Part shown: positions 1 through 9,114 of the stretch, in pieces
Layout: each line of letters opens with the position of its first letter
Numbering within the stretch: position 1 is the stretch's first letter
From: an uncultured Thermoplasmatales archaeon
Lineage (GTDB): Archaea > Thermoplasmatota > E2 > DHVEG-1
Direction: 5' to 3'
Length of the DNA: 64,000 nucleotides
NCBI GenBank assembly: GCA_964518165.1
Contig: CAZFFN010000126.1
Coordinates: forward strand, 11,275-75,274
Translations under genes and position numbers: made by a program
The notes under the pieces: model-generated
Seen by the model: only the letters and a program-made list of their open reading frames with translations
Told to the model about the DNA's origin: nothing
The model's database searches: none

Positions 1-1
1 A

Positions 2-343
2 CTAGGTCACAATTTTATCCCGGCATCAATTCATGCAGGTGGACTAAGATACCATGGGGATTCACCATTACTTTGCAAACTAACAAAAGAAGGATACATG
101 GAAGCAGTTGCATACTATCAAAAAGAAATATTCAAAGCAGCTAAAATATTTGCACAAACCGAAGGATTTGTAGTAGCACCTGAAGCAGCACATGCAGTAA
201 GAGCCGCTATTGACTTTGCAAAGATTTGTAAAAAGAAAAAAGAAAGAAAAAATATAGTATTTGCAAACAGCGGACATGGACACTTTGATTTAGCAGCATA
301 TGATTCTTATAATAATGGAGAAATAATTGATTGTGAATATTAA
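2..343 (+). CDS. C-terminal fragment of a tryptophan synthase beta (TrpB)-like PLP enzyme; the gene starts upstream of the window
   Basis: The frame is open from nt 2. The translation ...GGLRYHGDSPLL...TEGFVVAPEAAHAVRAAIDFAK...IVFANSGHGHFDLAAY matches the TrpB C-terminus (TEGIIPALESSHA ... VVNLSGRGDKD pattern). Confidence 0.6.
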   Translation, partial: LGHNFIPASIHAGGLRYHGDSPLLCKLTKEGYMEAVAYYQKEIFKAAKIFAQTEGFVVAPEAAHAVRAAIDFAKICKKKKERKNIVFANSGHGHFDLAAYDSYNNGEIIDCEY

Positions 344-432
344 TTTTTTTAAGGGCAATATTTTTAAACCATAGCTCTTAATAATGAGTTTAGTATATCG
401 GTCTTGGATTTAATTAATACGAGGGAGTTAAA

Positions 433-1434
433 ATGACTAAAAAAGATTTATTTACAGAAAAACTTGGTACTGAAAAACTTAAAAAAGGCTTTGCACAAAT
501 GCAGAAAGGTGGCGTTGTAATGGACGTTACAAACAAGGAACAAGCTAAAATCGCTGAAGATGCAGGCGCAGTAGCAGTAATGGCTCTAGAAAGAGTTCCA
601 GCAGACATTAGAGCTGAAGGCGGTGTAGCAAGAATGGCAGATCCCTCAAAAATAGTTGAAATATTAGACTCAGTGAGCATCCCAGTTATGGCAAAAGCAC
701 GAATCGGACATTTTGTTGAAGCACAAGCTCTCCAATCCCTTGGCGTTGATATGATTGATGAATCAGAGGTGTTAACTCCCGCAGATCCTTATTATCATAT
801 AGATAAACACAAATTCAAAATACCTTTTGTATGTGGCTGTAGAAACCTAGGTGAAGCAGTTAGAAGAATCTATGAAGGAGCTGCAATGATTAGAACAAAA
901 GGCGAAGCAGGCACTGGCAATGTGATAGAAGCAGTAAGACACCAGCATATGGTAACAAGTATGATAGATAAATTACAAAACTTAGATAAAACAGAAATAG
1001 AAAAACTATCAGAAGAATATTGTAAAAGCTATATTGATGCAAAAGTTGAACTTACAGGTAGAAAAGTTGATGAAAATACAATTATTTTTTCAGATTATGA
1101 TTTTAATACTGTTAAAAAAGAAATTAATGAAATTCTAAAAGAAATAAAAAAAATTCAACGACTTCCTAGGGTAAATTTTGCAGCAGGAGGAATTGCAACA
1201 CCAGCTGATGCAGCGTTTATGATGCAACTAGGAAGTGATGGAGTATTTGTTGGATCAGGTATTTTTAAATCAAATAATCCTGAGAAGAGAGCAAAAGCAA
1301 TTGTTGAGGCTGTTGCTAATTATGATAAACCAAAAGTAATTGCTGAAGTTAGTAAGAACTTAGGTGAAGCAATGGTAGGAATAAATATAGACACAATTCC
1401 TAAAGAAGAAAGACTCCAGGAGAGAGGATGGTAA
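433..1434 (+). CDS. pdxS: Pyridoxal 5'-phosphate synthase lyase subunit PdxS (archaeal long form)
   Basis: 333 aa with [52 protein letters not shown] and an approximately 35-aa insertion as in the methanococcal-type PdxS. It overlaps pdxT by 7 nt. Confidence 0.9.
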   Translation: MTKKDLFTEKLGTEKLKKGFAQMQKGGVVMDVTNKEQAKIAEDAGAVAVMALERVPADIRAEGGVARMADPSKIVEILDSVSIPVMAKARIGHFVEAQALQSLGVDMIDESEVLTPADPYYHIDKHKFKIPFVCGCRNLGEAVRRIYEGAAMIRTKGEAGTGNVIEAVRHQHMVTSMIDKLQNLDKTEIEKLSEEYCKSYIDAKVELTGRKVDENTIIFSDYDFNTVKKEINEILKEIKKIQRLPRVNFAAGGIATPADAAFMMQLGSDGVFVGSGIFKSNNPEKRAKAIVEAVANYDKPKVIAEVSKNLGEAMVGINIDTIPKEERLQERGW

Positions 1435-2030
1435 AAAAGGTAACAATCGGAGTTATAGCAATACAAGGTGCAATCTCAGAACATATCAATTCAATAAAAA
1501 AAGCGATAAATGAAAAAAAGATAAATGGTAAAGTAATTTCAATTAGATATACTGATCAAATTGATGAATGTCAAGGTCTTGTGCTCCCTGGCGGGGAAAG
1601 TACCACTATTTCAAGGATTCTTTTTAAAAGAAATCTTCATAAAAAAATAAAAGACAAAATAGAAAAAAAAGAACTCTTTGTTATGGGTACATGTGCTGGA
1701 TGTGTAGTATTATCAAAAGAAATTGATGATACAACTAAAGAAGTTAAACTTTTAGAATTAATGAATATTAAGACACAGAGAAACTATTTTGGAAGACAGC
1801 GGGAATCATTTGAAAAAAATATTAAAATTAAGGGTTTCAATAAACCATTTAATGCTATTTTTATAAGAGCACCTATAATTGAAAAAGTATGGGGTGGCTG
1901 TGAAGTTTTATCAAAAATTGATGAAAAAATTGTAATGGCAAGGCAGGAAAACATGCTAGCACTATCTTTTCATCCAGAGCTTACATCTGATCTTAGGATT
2001 CATAAATATTTTTTAGAAAAGTTACTATAA
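1428..2030 (+). CDS. pdxT: PLP synthase glutaminase subunit PdxT
   Basis: 200 aa class I glutamine amidotransferase with [10 protein letters not shown] (catalytic Cys) and [10 protein letters not shown]. Translationally coupled to pdxS. Confidence 0.85.
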   Translation: MVKKVTIGVIAIQGAISEHINSIKKAINEKKINGKVISIRYTDQIDECQGLVLPGGESTTISRILFKRNLHKKIKDKIEKKELFVMGTCAGCVVLSKEIDDTTKEVKLLELMNIKTQRNYFGRQRESFEKNIKIKGFNKPFNAIFIRAPIIEKVWGGCEVLSKIDEKIVMARQENMLALSFHPELTSDLRIHKYFLEKLL

Positions 2031-2088
2031 AAAACAAGATGTTTAAAAAATTTAAATATCAATTTTTAAAAAAAATTATAATGAAGGC

Positions 2089-2409
2089 TTATGCCTTCAT
2101 GATAGCTAGTAAAAATATTCCAAGTGCAACACCAGCACCAACAACAGCACCAATGATTGCTACAATACCTTGTAATATTGTATCTTTAAACATCAAAAAG
2201 CTCATGCTAGGAACGCCGAGTATACCTTCTAACCATCCAGCACCATACATAAATATTACAAAGACTAGTAAACCAATTACAACTAAAATTCCGCCAACTG
2301 CACGGCTACGACCTGAACCAAAATAAGCAGTAAATAACCCTGCAATTATACTGGCAATTGCAAATACTAGCGTCATCATACTCATAAACTGAGCAACATA
2401 ATCAACCAT
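2089..2409 (-). CDS. Small membrane protein with 3 predicted TM helices, hypothetical
   Basis: 106 aa hydrophobic and Gly-rich. GGAGGA sits 8 nt upstream of the ATG on the minus strand. The overlapping plus-strand ORF 2039..2326 is low-complexity and judged spurious. Confidence 0.55.
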   Translation of the reverse strand: MVDYVAQFMSMMTLVFAIASIIAGLFTAYFGSGRSRAVGGILVVIGLLVFVIFMYGAGWLEGILGVPSMSFLMFKDTILQGIVAIIGAVVGAGVALGIFLLAIMKA

Positions 2410-2425
2410 CTATTCTTTCCTCCTC

Positions 2426-2659
2426 TTAAAATTTTGTACCTGTAAGTGTTTTTGTATCAATTACTCCTTCAATTGATCTAATTTTATCGACGACAATCTT
2501 TCCAAGTTTCTCGAAATCGTCGGCTTTAATTTTAGCTACAAGATCATATTCTCCAAACAGAGGGTGTAGTTCGACAACTTGTGGAACTTTTGATAATCTG
2601 TTATATACATCATGTTCTTGTGCAGGAGCTGCACTTATTAATACAAAGCCTATAGCCAT
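2426..2659 (-). CDS. Stand-alone Lrp/AsnC-type RAM (C-terminal ligand-binding) domain protein
   Basis: 77 aa, ...HDVYNRLSKVPQVVELHPLFGEYDLVAKIKADDFEKLGKIVVDKIRSIEGVIDTKTL is the typical AsnC C-terminal fold. An AGGTGA RBS is upstream. Confidence 0.7.
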   Translation of the reverse strand: MAIGFVLISAAPAQEHDVYNRLSKVPQVVELHPLFGEYDLVAKIKADDFEKLGKIVVDKIRSIEGVIDTKTLTGTKF

Positions 2660-2782
2660 ATGATTCTCACCTATTTTTCCTTATATAGTTTTATAATATA
2701 AATCTTTTCAAAAAAATACTATATATTACTATAAATACAAAATAAAAAACCCTTTAAAGAGAATTATTATACCTAAAAACAT

Positions 2783-4507
2783 ATGAGTTATGCCATCCCG
2801 GTGATAAAAGAAAAGATTATTGGTTCATTAAAGTGTGCAATTAATGATAAAAATTTTGAGATTAAATTAGAAAAACCTACTAATGTAAAAATGGGGGATT
2901 TTTCATTTCCATGTTTTAAATTAGCTCCAAAATTCAAAAAATCTCCAAAAGAAATTGCTGAAGATATCACTTCAAAAATTAAAAAAGAAGATTTTTTAGA
3001 AAAAATTGAAACAAAAAATGGTTACATCAATTTTTTCTTAAATGAACAGAAGATCTCTTCTAAAATTATTAATGACATATATAAAACAAAGGAACGTTAT
3101 GGATATCTAAAAAACAAAAATAAAAAAGTAATAATTGAACATACTTCTGCAAATCCTAACGGGCCACTTCATATCGGACGAGCAAGAAATCCTATTATTG
3201 GTGATACTATTGTTAGAATTTTTAAATCAGCAGGATACAATGTTGAATCACAATTTTATTTGGATGATATGGGAAAACAAGTAGCAATTCTAGCATGGGG
3301 TGTAAATCATCTTAAAAAAGATGTGATTAAAACATCCGATAGAAAAAAACCAGATCATGCAACAGTTGGTTATTATCAAAAAGCAACAAAACTTTTAGAA
3401 GAAAACCTCGAAATTTCTGAAGAAATACAAAATTTAATAAAAAAAAGTGAAGAAGGAGATAAAAAAACTATAGAACTTTTACATAAAGCATATAAACCGG
3501 TACTGAAAGGAATGAAGGAAAGCCTTAAAAAATTAAATATTGAGATAGAAAGATACATACCAGAATCAAAATTCTTGGAAAATAACTCTGTTGATGAAGT
3601 TGTTACAAAACTAAAAAAATCAAAATATTCTGATATTGAAAATGGGGCATATTTTATAGATATGGCACCATTTGGAATAAAGGGTAGAAATACTAAATTT
3701 TTCTTTTTAAGAAGAGATGGTACTACTCTTTATGCAACCCGAGATATTGCCTACCATTTGTGGAAGGCAAAAAATGCTGATTTATTAATCAATATACTTG
3801 GTGAAGACCATAAATTAGAATCAAAACAAGTTGAAACTGCCTTAGAAATCGTTGGAGCAAAAAAAATCCCAAAAGTCATTTTTTATTCATTTGTTTCTTT
3901 ACCTGGAGGCAAAATGTCTACCAGGAAAAATAGAGTAGTATATCTTGATGATTTAATTGAGGAATGTATAACCAGAGCGTATCTTGAGGTTAAAAAAAGA
4001 AGGGGAGATGAACTTTCTGAAGAAAAAATGAAAGAAATTGCTGAAAAAATTGGTGTAGGTGCAATTCGATATAACATAATAAAAGTACAGCCTGAAAAAT
4101 CAATTGTTTTCAAATGGGAAGAAGCACTAAATTTTGAAGGAAATTCTGCTCCATTTATACAATATGCACATGCAAGGGCTGCAAGCATAATTAAAAAATA
4201 TGGTAAAAAAGTAAAACTTGATAATAAAATAGAAATATCACATGAATCTGAAATAAGTTTAATTAAAAAAATTGGTGAATTTCCAGATATTATAAATCAA
4301 GCAAGTAAAGAATTTAAACCTCATTTGATTTCATTTTATTTATTTGAACTTGCAGTGCAGTTCAATCAATTTTATAGAGATTGCCATGTTTTATCTGAGA
4401 AAGATAGAGGAATAAAAGAAACTAGATTAAAGATTGTAGTCGCAACAAAAATTGCTATAAAAAATGGTTTAAATATTCTTGGAATAGAAGCACTCGATGA
4501 GATGTAA
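2783..4507 (+). CDS. argS: Arginyl-tRNA synthetase
   Basis: 574 aa with HTSANPNGPLHIGRARN (HIGH motif) and class I ArgS anticodon-binding C-terminus (FNQFYRDCHVL). Confidence 0.9.
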   Translation: MSYAIPVIKEKIIGSLKCAINDKNFEIKLEKPTNVKMGDFSFPCFKLAPKFKKSPKEIAEDITSKIKKEDFLEKIETKNGYINFFLNEQKISSKIINDIYKTKERYGYLKNKNKKVIIEHTSANPNGPLHIGRARNPIIGDTIVRIFKSAGYNVESQFYLDDMGKQVAILAWGVNHLKKDVIKTSDRKKPDHATVGYYQKATKLLEENLEISEEIQNLIKKSEEGDKKTIELLHKAYKPVLKGMKESLKKLNIEIERYIPESKFLENNSVDEVVTKLKKSKYSDIENGAYFIDMAPFGIKGRNTKFFFLRRDGTTLYATRDIAYHLWKAKNADLLINILGEDHKLESKQVETALEIVGAKKIPKVIFYSFVSLPGGKMSTRKNRVVYLDDLIEECITRAYLEVKKRRGDELSEEKMKEIAEKIGVGAIRYNIIKVQPEKSIVFKWEEALNFEGNSAPFIQYAHARAASIIKKYGKKVKLDNKIEISHESEISLIKKIGEFPDIINQASKEFKPHLISFYLFELAVQFNQFYRDCHVLSEKDRGIKETRLKIVVATKIAIKNGLNILGIEALDEM

Positions 4508-5276
4508 AATGAACATCAAAGAGATAAATGTTAAAAATTCACTTAAAAAAATTACTAGAAAAGACGATCTTTTCAATGGGAACTATACAATAGATCCCTA
4601 CCAAAATTGTTATTTTTCATGTTCATATTGTGATTCATCTCTAGAAAAAACAATCTATGTTAAAAGAAACATAGCTGAACTTCTTAGAAAAAAAATAAAG
4701 ACCATTCCGAAATCTAATATTATAATTGGAAGTGTCCATGACCCTTATCAAAAAATTGAAGAAAAATTCAAGATTACAAGAAATATTTTAAAAATATTAA
4801 AAGAAAATAATCAGACGTGTAACATTTTAACAAAATCTGATTTAGTTTTAAGAGACCTTGATATTTTAAAAAAAATAAACAACTGTACAGTAACTATTTC
4901 AATTACAACATATGATGAAAACCTAAGAAAAATATTTGAAAAAAATGTAATCTCTGCAGATAAAAGAATAAATGTTTTAAAAAAACTTAGAAAAAATAAT
5001 ATTAAAACTGGCATTGCAATAATTCCAATAATCCCATATATAACTGAAGATCAAGCAAAAAAAATATTTGATAAATCAAATATCTATAAACCAGATTTTT
5101 ATCTATTTAGATATCTAGAACTAAAAGGAGATCAAAAAAGAATTTTTTTAAAAATAATTGAAAAAAACTTTCATAAAGAATATGAGTCTTTTAAAAAATT
5201 ATATAGCAAAACCATACTTCCCTGCAAAAAGTATATCCAAAAAACTGATTTAAAAATAAAAAAAGATTTAGAATAA
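4497..5276 (+). CDS. Radical SAM protein (COG1533 / SplB-like family)
   Basis: CYFSCSYC = CxxxCxxC about 40 aa from the N-terminus, approximately 255 aa. The start could be ATG 4497 (overlapping the argS stop) or ATG 4509. Confidence 0.6.
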   Translation: MRCKMNIKEINVKNSLKKITRKDDLFNGNYTIDPYQNCYFSCSYCDSSLEKTIYVKRNIAELLRKKIKTIPKSNIIIGSVHDPYQKIEEKFKITRNILKILKENNQTCNILTKSDLVLRDLDILKKINNCTVTISITTYDENLRKIFEKNVISADKRINVLKKLRKNNIKTGIAIIPIIPYITEDQAKKIFDKSNIYKPDFYLFRYLELKGDQKRIFLKIIEKNFHKEYESFKKLYSKTILPCKKYIQKTDLKIKKDLE

Positions 5277-5530
5277 ATCAAATAAAAAGAATGAAAAATT
5301 AACTGTTTATAAATTCATTAGCTCTTTTCCTTCCGTATCTTTTTTCTAAATATTTTAAATATCTATCCCTACTTTTAGGGTTTAACTTATATTTCATAAT
5401 TTCGCCCTCAATTAATTCTGTAAAATAATTTCTTGAATTTATTTTATATAAACTCTATGTGTAAAAATTTCAAAAAAGAAGTTATACGAATTTAAAAAAA
5501 GTATTTAAAAAATAAAAAAATTAAGTTAGA

Positions 5531-8500
5531 TTATTTTTTTCTTCTTGGAAAAATTAATACTAAAATAAGGATAATTATTACAATAAATATTGCAATTATA
5601 AACATATTTTTTTCCAAAAAACTTTGTTGTTTTACCTTGTTTGGATAACCAGTTGGTCCAAAAGGCATATGTCCATTGATATCAAATTCCTCATCGTATT
5701 CAACAGGTTTAGTATCTTCTTTTTCCCAATAATTGTTGTCACTATATTCAGTGCTTGGAACATATGGTCTAAGTTCTGGATCACCAAAATAGATGACACT
5801 TTCTTTATCATCCCACCACCATTGTGGGTTACCATCTTCTCCACCGCCGAGATAAAGTATTCCTACGTGTTGAATACCGCGGGCAAAAGCTTCACCAATA
5901 GTATAACCAAGTGCTAAATCACGAGGGATTGTTTCTCTCCAAACAGTTGCATACCAACTAGTAGCCCATGGGTCTTGGATTTGAAAAACTGAACCATGTC
6001 TAATTAACGATAATTGAAGCTGTGTGTACGCTGTTTGACAGATATTTGTAATAAATCCCATGCTGTAAAGATTATCAAGACCTTCGTCCAAAACAGATGC
6101 ATTTTTCATATCTGTAGTTTTTCTAGAAAATGAAAGTGAACCAGTTACACCATCATAAAGATTTTCAACTTCAAATGGAATATTTTCTTTATTGGGAAAT
6201 AATATTTTATTTATTTTTTCACGTATAGGTTTTCTTGCTAAAGCATAATCAAAACCAGTAGGCGGGAAGAATAATGAATTATGGTTTGTGAAAGGAATTA
6301 TTCCCTTGATATCCATAGTCATTGTATCAGGTTCTTCAGTTGAACCGAGATACCAGTCATATCCAAATTTTGGATTTAATTGCTTTGCTGGCCCTACCAA
6401 TAAATTGAAAAGATTTCCTGATTTTGTTTCCGGGTCCCAAAACTCAGTCTCGCCTCCTGCAGTATGATGCCCGTGGGCAGCATGAATCCACATTATGCAA
6501 CCATTATTGATGTTGTCCATAACTTTTTCAAACTGAGTGGAATAAACTGGATTATATCCACCTCTTTCTAAATAAAATGGGACCATCTCAGTTTCAGACA
6601 TATCTGGGAAATAAGCGCCTTTTTTACCAGTGTGTTTTTCAATTGATCCCATATCAATTGGTTCATTAGTTACAGATTCACCTGGAACTAGACCATCAGC
6701 ACATTCATATTTAGCACCATAGTATTTACTAGCTCTTTCATTAAATCTATATTTTTGAGTAACAAATGAACACATTACAGGGTTTTCTGCTTTGACCATT
6801 TGTTCTGGTGTATCAATAACAAGAGTACTTCCAATCGGATTTTTTAATAGACCTAAAATGCCTTGTCTTTTACTAGTACTCCCCGTAACATATGTTTTAT
6901 CTTCACTAAGTGCAGGGTTTTCAAAAATTAGAGCTGGATAAAACATATTACGTGAAATCCAGTAAGCTGAATCAACGGGACTTCCTGCAAATCTACCAGT
7001 GTTAGCAACTCCAATAAATACCCTGTCCCATGAAGCACCTATATCAAATTGATCAGCAACTGTTATAATATTTTCATCGCCTTCTTTATCAAAATTATGT
7101 TTATCCAAAAAATCATAAACCCTTCTACCGGTAAAGACCATTTCTCCACTGGAAGGAGTCCCACCATATCTATCATGAGAAAAATGCTCCCATAAAGTAT
7201 TATGATATGTAACAGCACAGGATAGTTCAGGATGCATATCTACAATCAAAACAGGTGTTCCGTGATGGGCTGCTACAAATGCAGCTGGGCCAATAAATAA
7301 TCCTGCTTCTGTTTCATCTGCCGGTGTTAACTCTTCTTTATACCAAAAGGTCCACGGATCAATTGTTGAAAATACAATATCGTTACTTCCAGATATTTTT
7401 CTAATGCTATCAAATATGTTTTCAATTTTTATGAAATTTTCTTTAATGTTTGCAATTTCTTCAAGGTTATTAAAAACATCTTTTGATATGTGATCACAGA
7501 AATTAACTAGATAAATATCTTTTACTCCTAGTTTAAATAATGCTTCTTTTGTTTTATCTGATAGTTTTTCTGAAGAAGTATATAGAAGAGGAGCATTTAG
7601 AGAACTAGCAAGAACTGCACCGTTAGTTGCAGAAGCAAGTGAGTCACCTTCAACTTTTGATATATTTTGCTCCCAAGAATATTCTATTTCAAAATCAAGA
7701 GGTGAATCAATATCATTTTTTGAAAAAACAGATACTGAATAATGCTCGTCATTTTTACATTCTCCTAAGGAATGTATTTTAACTTTCTGATGAGTCTCTT
7801 CTTCATTTTCTTCAAAAGCAGTATATATTGCTTCTCCACTAGGTCCAACTAGAGTAAAACCAAGATCTACATTTGGATTATCCCATTTTAATTTAATTTC
7901 AACATCCCTACAACCAAAAGGTGTTTGATCAGGAATCTTAATGTCTATACCTGGATACATTGTAACATCAACATGATAAGTTACACCAGGTTTAATCATA
8001 CCGCCAACTGTTCCTTGGAGTTGGAGTAAATTTCCTATTATATTTTTCCTAACATAATCAGCATCACCTTCAGTAGGCATATCAGTTACGCCAATACGCC
8101 ATTTACCAGGTTTATATATGTATGCATGGGCTGGTTCGTGACCTGCAGGTTGATAAACATTCCAAGCTGAAACAGCAGTAGTTTGAAGCCAACCTTGTTC
8201 GTCTTTACAATATATTTGCATGTCTGGATCGCCCGTAGGCATCATAATCCTGTCACCAATAAGAAGTCCATCCCACCAGCAATCTGCATATAAAAATTTA
8301 TACCCCTCAGGAATATCAAAGGTATGATAAATTGGGTTTAACGAGTTGGTTTGTTCTAAATTAAATGTCTCAATTTCATGTATTGAAGAAGCAGGAAGAG
8401 TTCTTTTTATGGTATTTTTAGTTTCAATATTCGGGGTTTCAAAATCTTTTTCAACTACAGATACAACTGCTTTATCTGAATAAGACCATTCATTTAAAGC

Positions 8501-8998
8501 AATTTTACTTGAGATACTATACGGGTCATCTCCATTTATGGATGTAGTTTTTTTAGCTTTCCAACTATTATCAATTTCTTTTTCATCTACATTTATAAGG
8601 GTCATCTGATCCATTTTTCCATTACAATAACTCATCCAGTCTTTCATAAAATAATCTAGACCCTGTCTAGAATTTAAAGTAACTTCTTTTTCTTTATTTG
8701 AAGTAAACTTATCTTGATAAAATAATAGTGGATTTGAATAAAGAGTATTGTCCTTTTTAAAAACAGATGTTGGAACTGATGCTAAGTACGCATAATCATC
8801 AAGATAGCTTTCTTTATCAAAATTGACAAAAGTTGCTTTTTTTAAGGGCTGTACATTTGTATAAGATGGACCTTTCATAAAACCAGGATCTTTTTGAATT
8901 TTTTCACTAGATACAAATGGACTAAAAACAGACGTCAAAAATAAACAAACAGTTAATAATATCATAACTTTTTTAATTTTTTCAAATTTTGCTTTCAT
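5531..8998 (-). CDS. Large secreted, C-terminally membrane-anchored surface protein (paralog A) with CWB2-like motifs and a conserved C-terminal domain of unknown function
   Basis: 1155 aa with an N-terminal signal peptide (MKAKFEKIKKVMILLTVCLFLTSVFSPFVSS) and a C-terminal TM plus basic tail (FIIAIFIVIIILILVLIFPRRKK). Motifs: DYAYLASVPTSVF...SNPLLF, GDSLASATNGAVLASSLNAPLLYT...LFKLGVKDIYLVN, GPAAFVAAHHGTPVLIVD, IMWIHAAHGHH, SMGF..C, DPWxTSWY, WWWD, HGHMPFG. A GGGGGT RBS is upstream. Confidence 0.8.
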   Translation of the reverse strand: MKAKFEKIKKVMILLTVCLFLTSVFSPFVSSEKIQKDPGFMKGPSYTNVQPLKKATFVNFDKESYLDDYAYLASVPTSVFKKDNTLYSNPLLFYQDKFTSNKEKEVTLNSRQGLDYFMKDWMSYCNGKMDQMTLINVDEKEIDNSWKAKKTTSINGDDPYSISSKIALNEWSYSDKAVVSVVEKDFETPNIETKNTIKRTLPASSIHEIETFNLEQTNSLNPIYHTFDIPEGYKFLYADCWWDGLLIGDRIMMPTGDPDMQIYCKDEQGWLQTTAVSAWNVYQPAGHEPAHAYIYKPGKWRIGVTDMPTEGDADYVRKNIIGNLLQLQGTVGGMIKPGVTYHVDVTMYPGIDIKIPDQTPFGCRDVEIKLKWDNPNVDLGFTLVGPSGEAIYTAFEENEEETHQKVKIHSLGECKNDEHYSVSVFSKNDIDSPLDFEIEYSWEQNISKVEGDSLASATNGAVLASSLNAPLLYTSSEKLSDKTKEALFKLGVKDIYLVNFCDHISKDVFNNLEEIANIKENFIKIENIFDSIRKISGSNDIVFSTIDPWTFWYKEELTPADETEAGLFIGPAAFVAAHHGTPVLIVDMHPELSCAVTYHNTLWEHFSHDRYGGTPSSGEMVFTGRRVYDFLDKHNFDKEGDENIITVADQFDIGASWDRVFIGVANTGRFAGSPVDSAYWISRNMFYPALIFENPALSEDKTYVTGSTSKRQGILGLLKNPIGSTLVIDTPEQMVKAENPVMCSFVTQKYRFNERASKYYGAKYECADGLVPGESVTNEPIDMGSIEKHTGKKGAYFPDMSETEMVPFYLERGGYNPVYSTQFEKVMDNINNGCIMWIHAAHGHHTAGGETEFWDPETKSGNLFNLLVGPAKQLNPKFGYDWYLGSTEEPDTMTMDIKGIIPFTNHNSLFFPPTGFDYALARKPIREKINKILFPNKENIPFEVENLYDGVTGSLSFSRKTTDMKNASVLDEGLDNLYSMGFITNICQTAYTQLQLSLIRHGSVFQIQDPWATSWYATVWRETIPRDLALGYTIGEAFARGIQHVGILYLGGGEDGNPQWWWDDKESVIYFGDPELRPYVPSTEYSDNNYWEKEDTKPVEYDEEFDINGHMPFGPTGYPNKVKQQSFLEKNMFIIAIFIVIIILILVLIFPRRKK

Positions 8999-9016
8999 TT
9001 TATAAAACCCCCAAAT

Positions 9017-9037
9017 AGATATAAATCCTTTATATCT
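9017..9037. promoter_or_regulatory. Perfect 9-bp palindrome AGATATAAA-tcc-TTTATATCT between the two giant paralog genes
   Basis: Located 19-39 nt upstream of the 5531..8998 gene's ATG and about 100 nt downstream of the 9115..12627 gene's stop. It includes a TATA-like TTTATATC. Confidence 0.4.
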
Positions 9038-9114
9038 ATAATTACTTTTATATATTAATATATTCCTAGTTTATAGTATTTTTGTAAAGATTAAAAAAAA
9101 ATAAAAAAATAAGA

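Noticed and set aside
80-283. Minus-strand 67-aa ORF opposite the TrpB-like fragment
   Set aside because: It lies antisense to a well-supported coding frame, the translation is low-complexity (Phe/Cys/Tyr-rich) as is typical of AT-rich antisense frames, and it has no RBS.
414-680. Minus-strand 88-aa ORF opposite pdxS
   Set aside because: Antisense to a highly conserved gene and rich in Ser/Thr/Ala/Pro, consistent with a GC-skewed antisense artefact.
2039-2326. Plus-strand 95-aa ORF overlapping the 2089..2409 membrane protein gene
   Set aside because: The minus-strand frame has a GGAGGA RBS and a coherent 3-TM hydropathy profile, whereas the plus frame is Pro/Thr/Ala low complexity.
2788-4188. 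Three minus-strand ORFs (2788..2970, 3376..3558, 3883..4188) inside argS
   Set aside because: They are antisense to a confidently identified aminoacyl-tRNA synthetase and are low-complexity translations.
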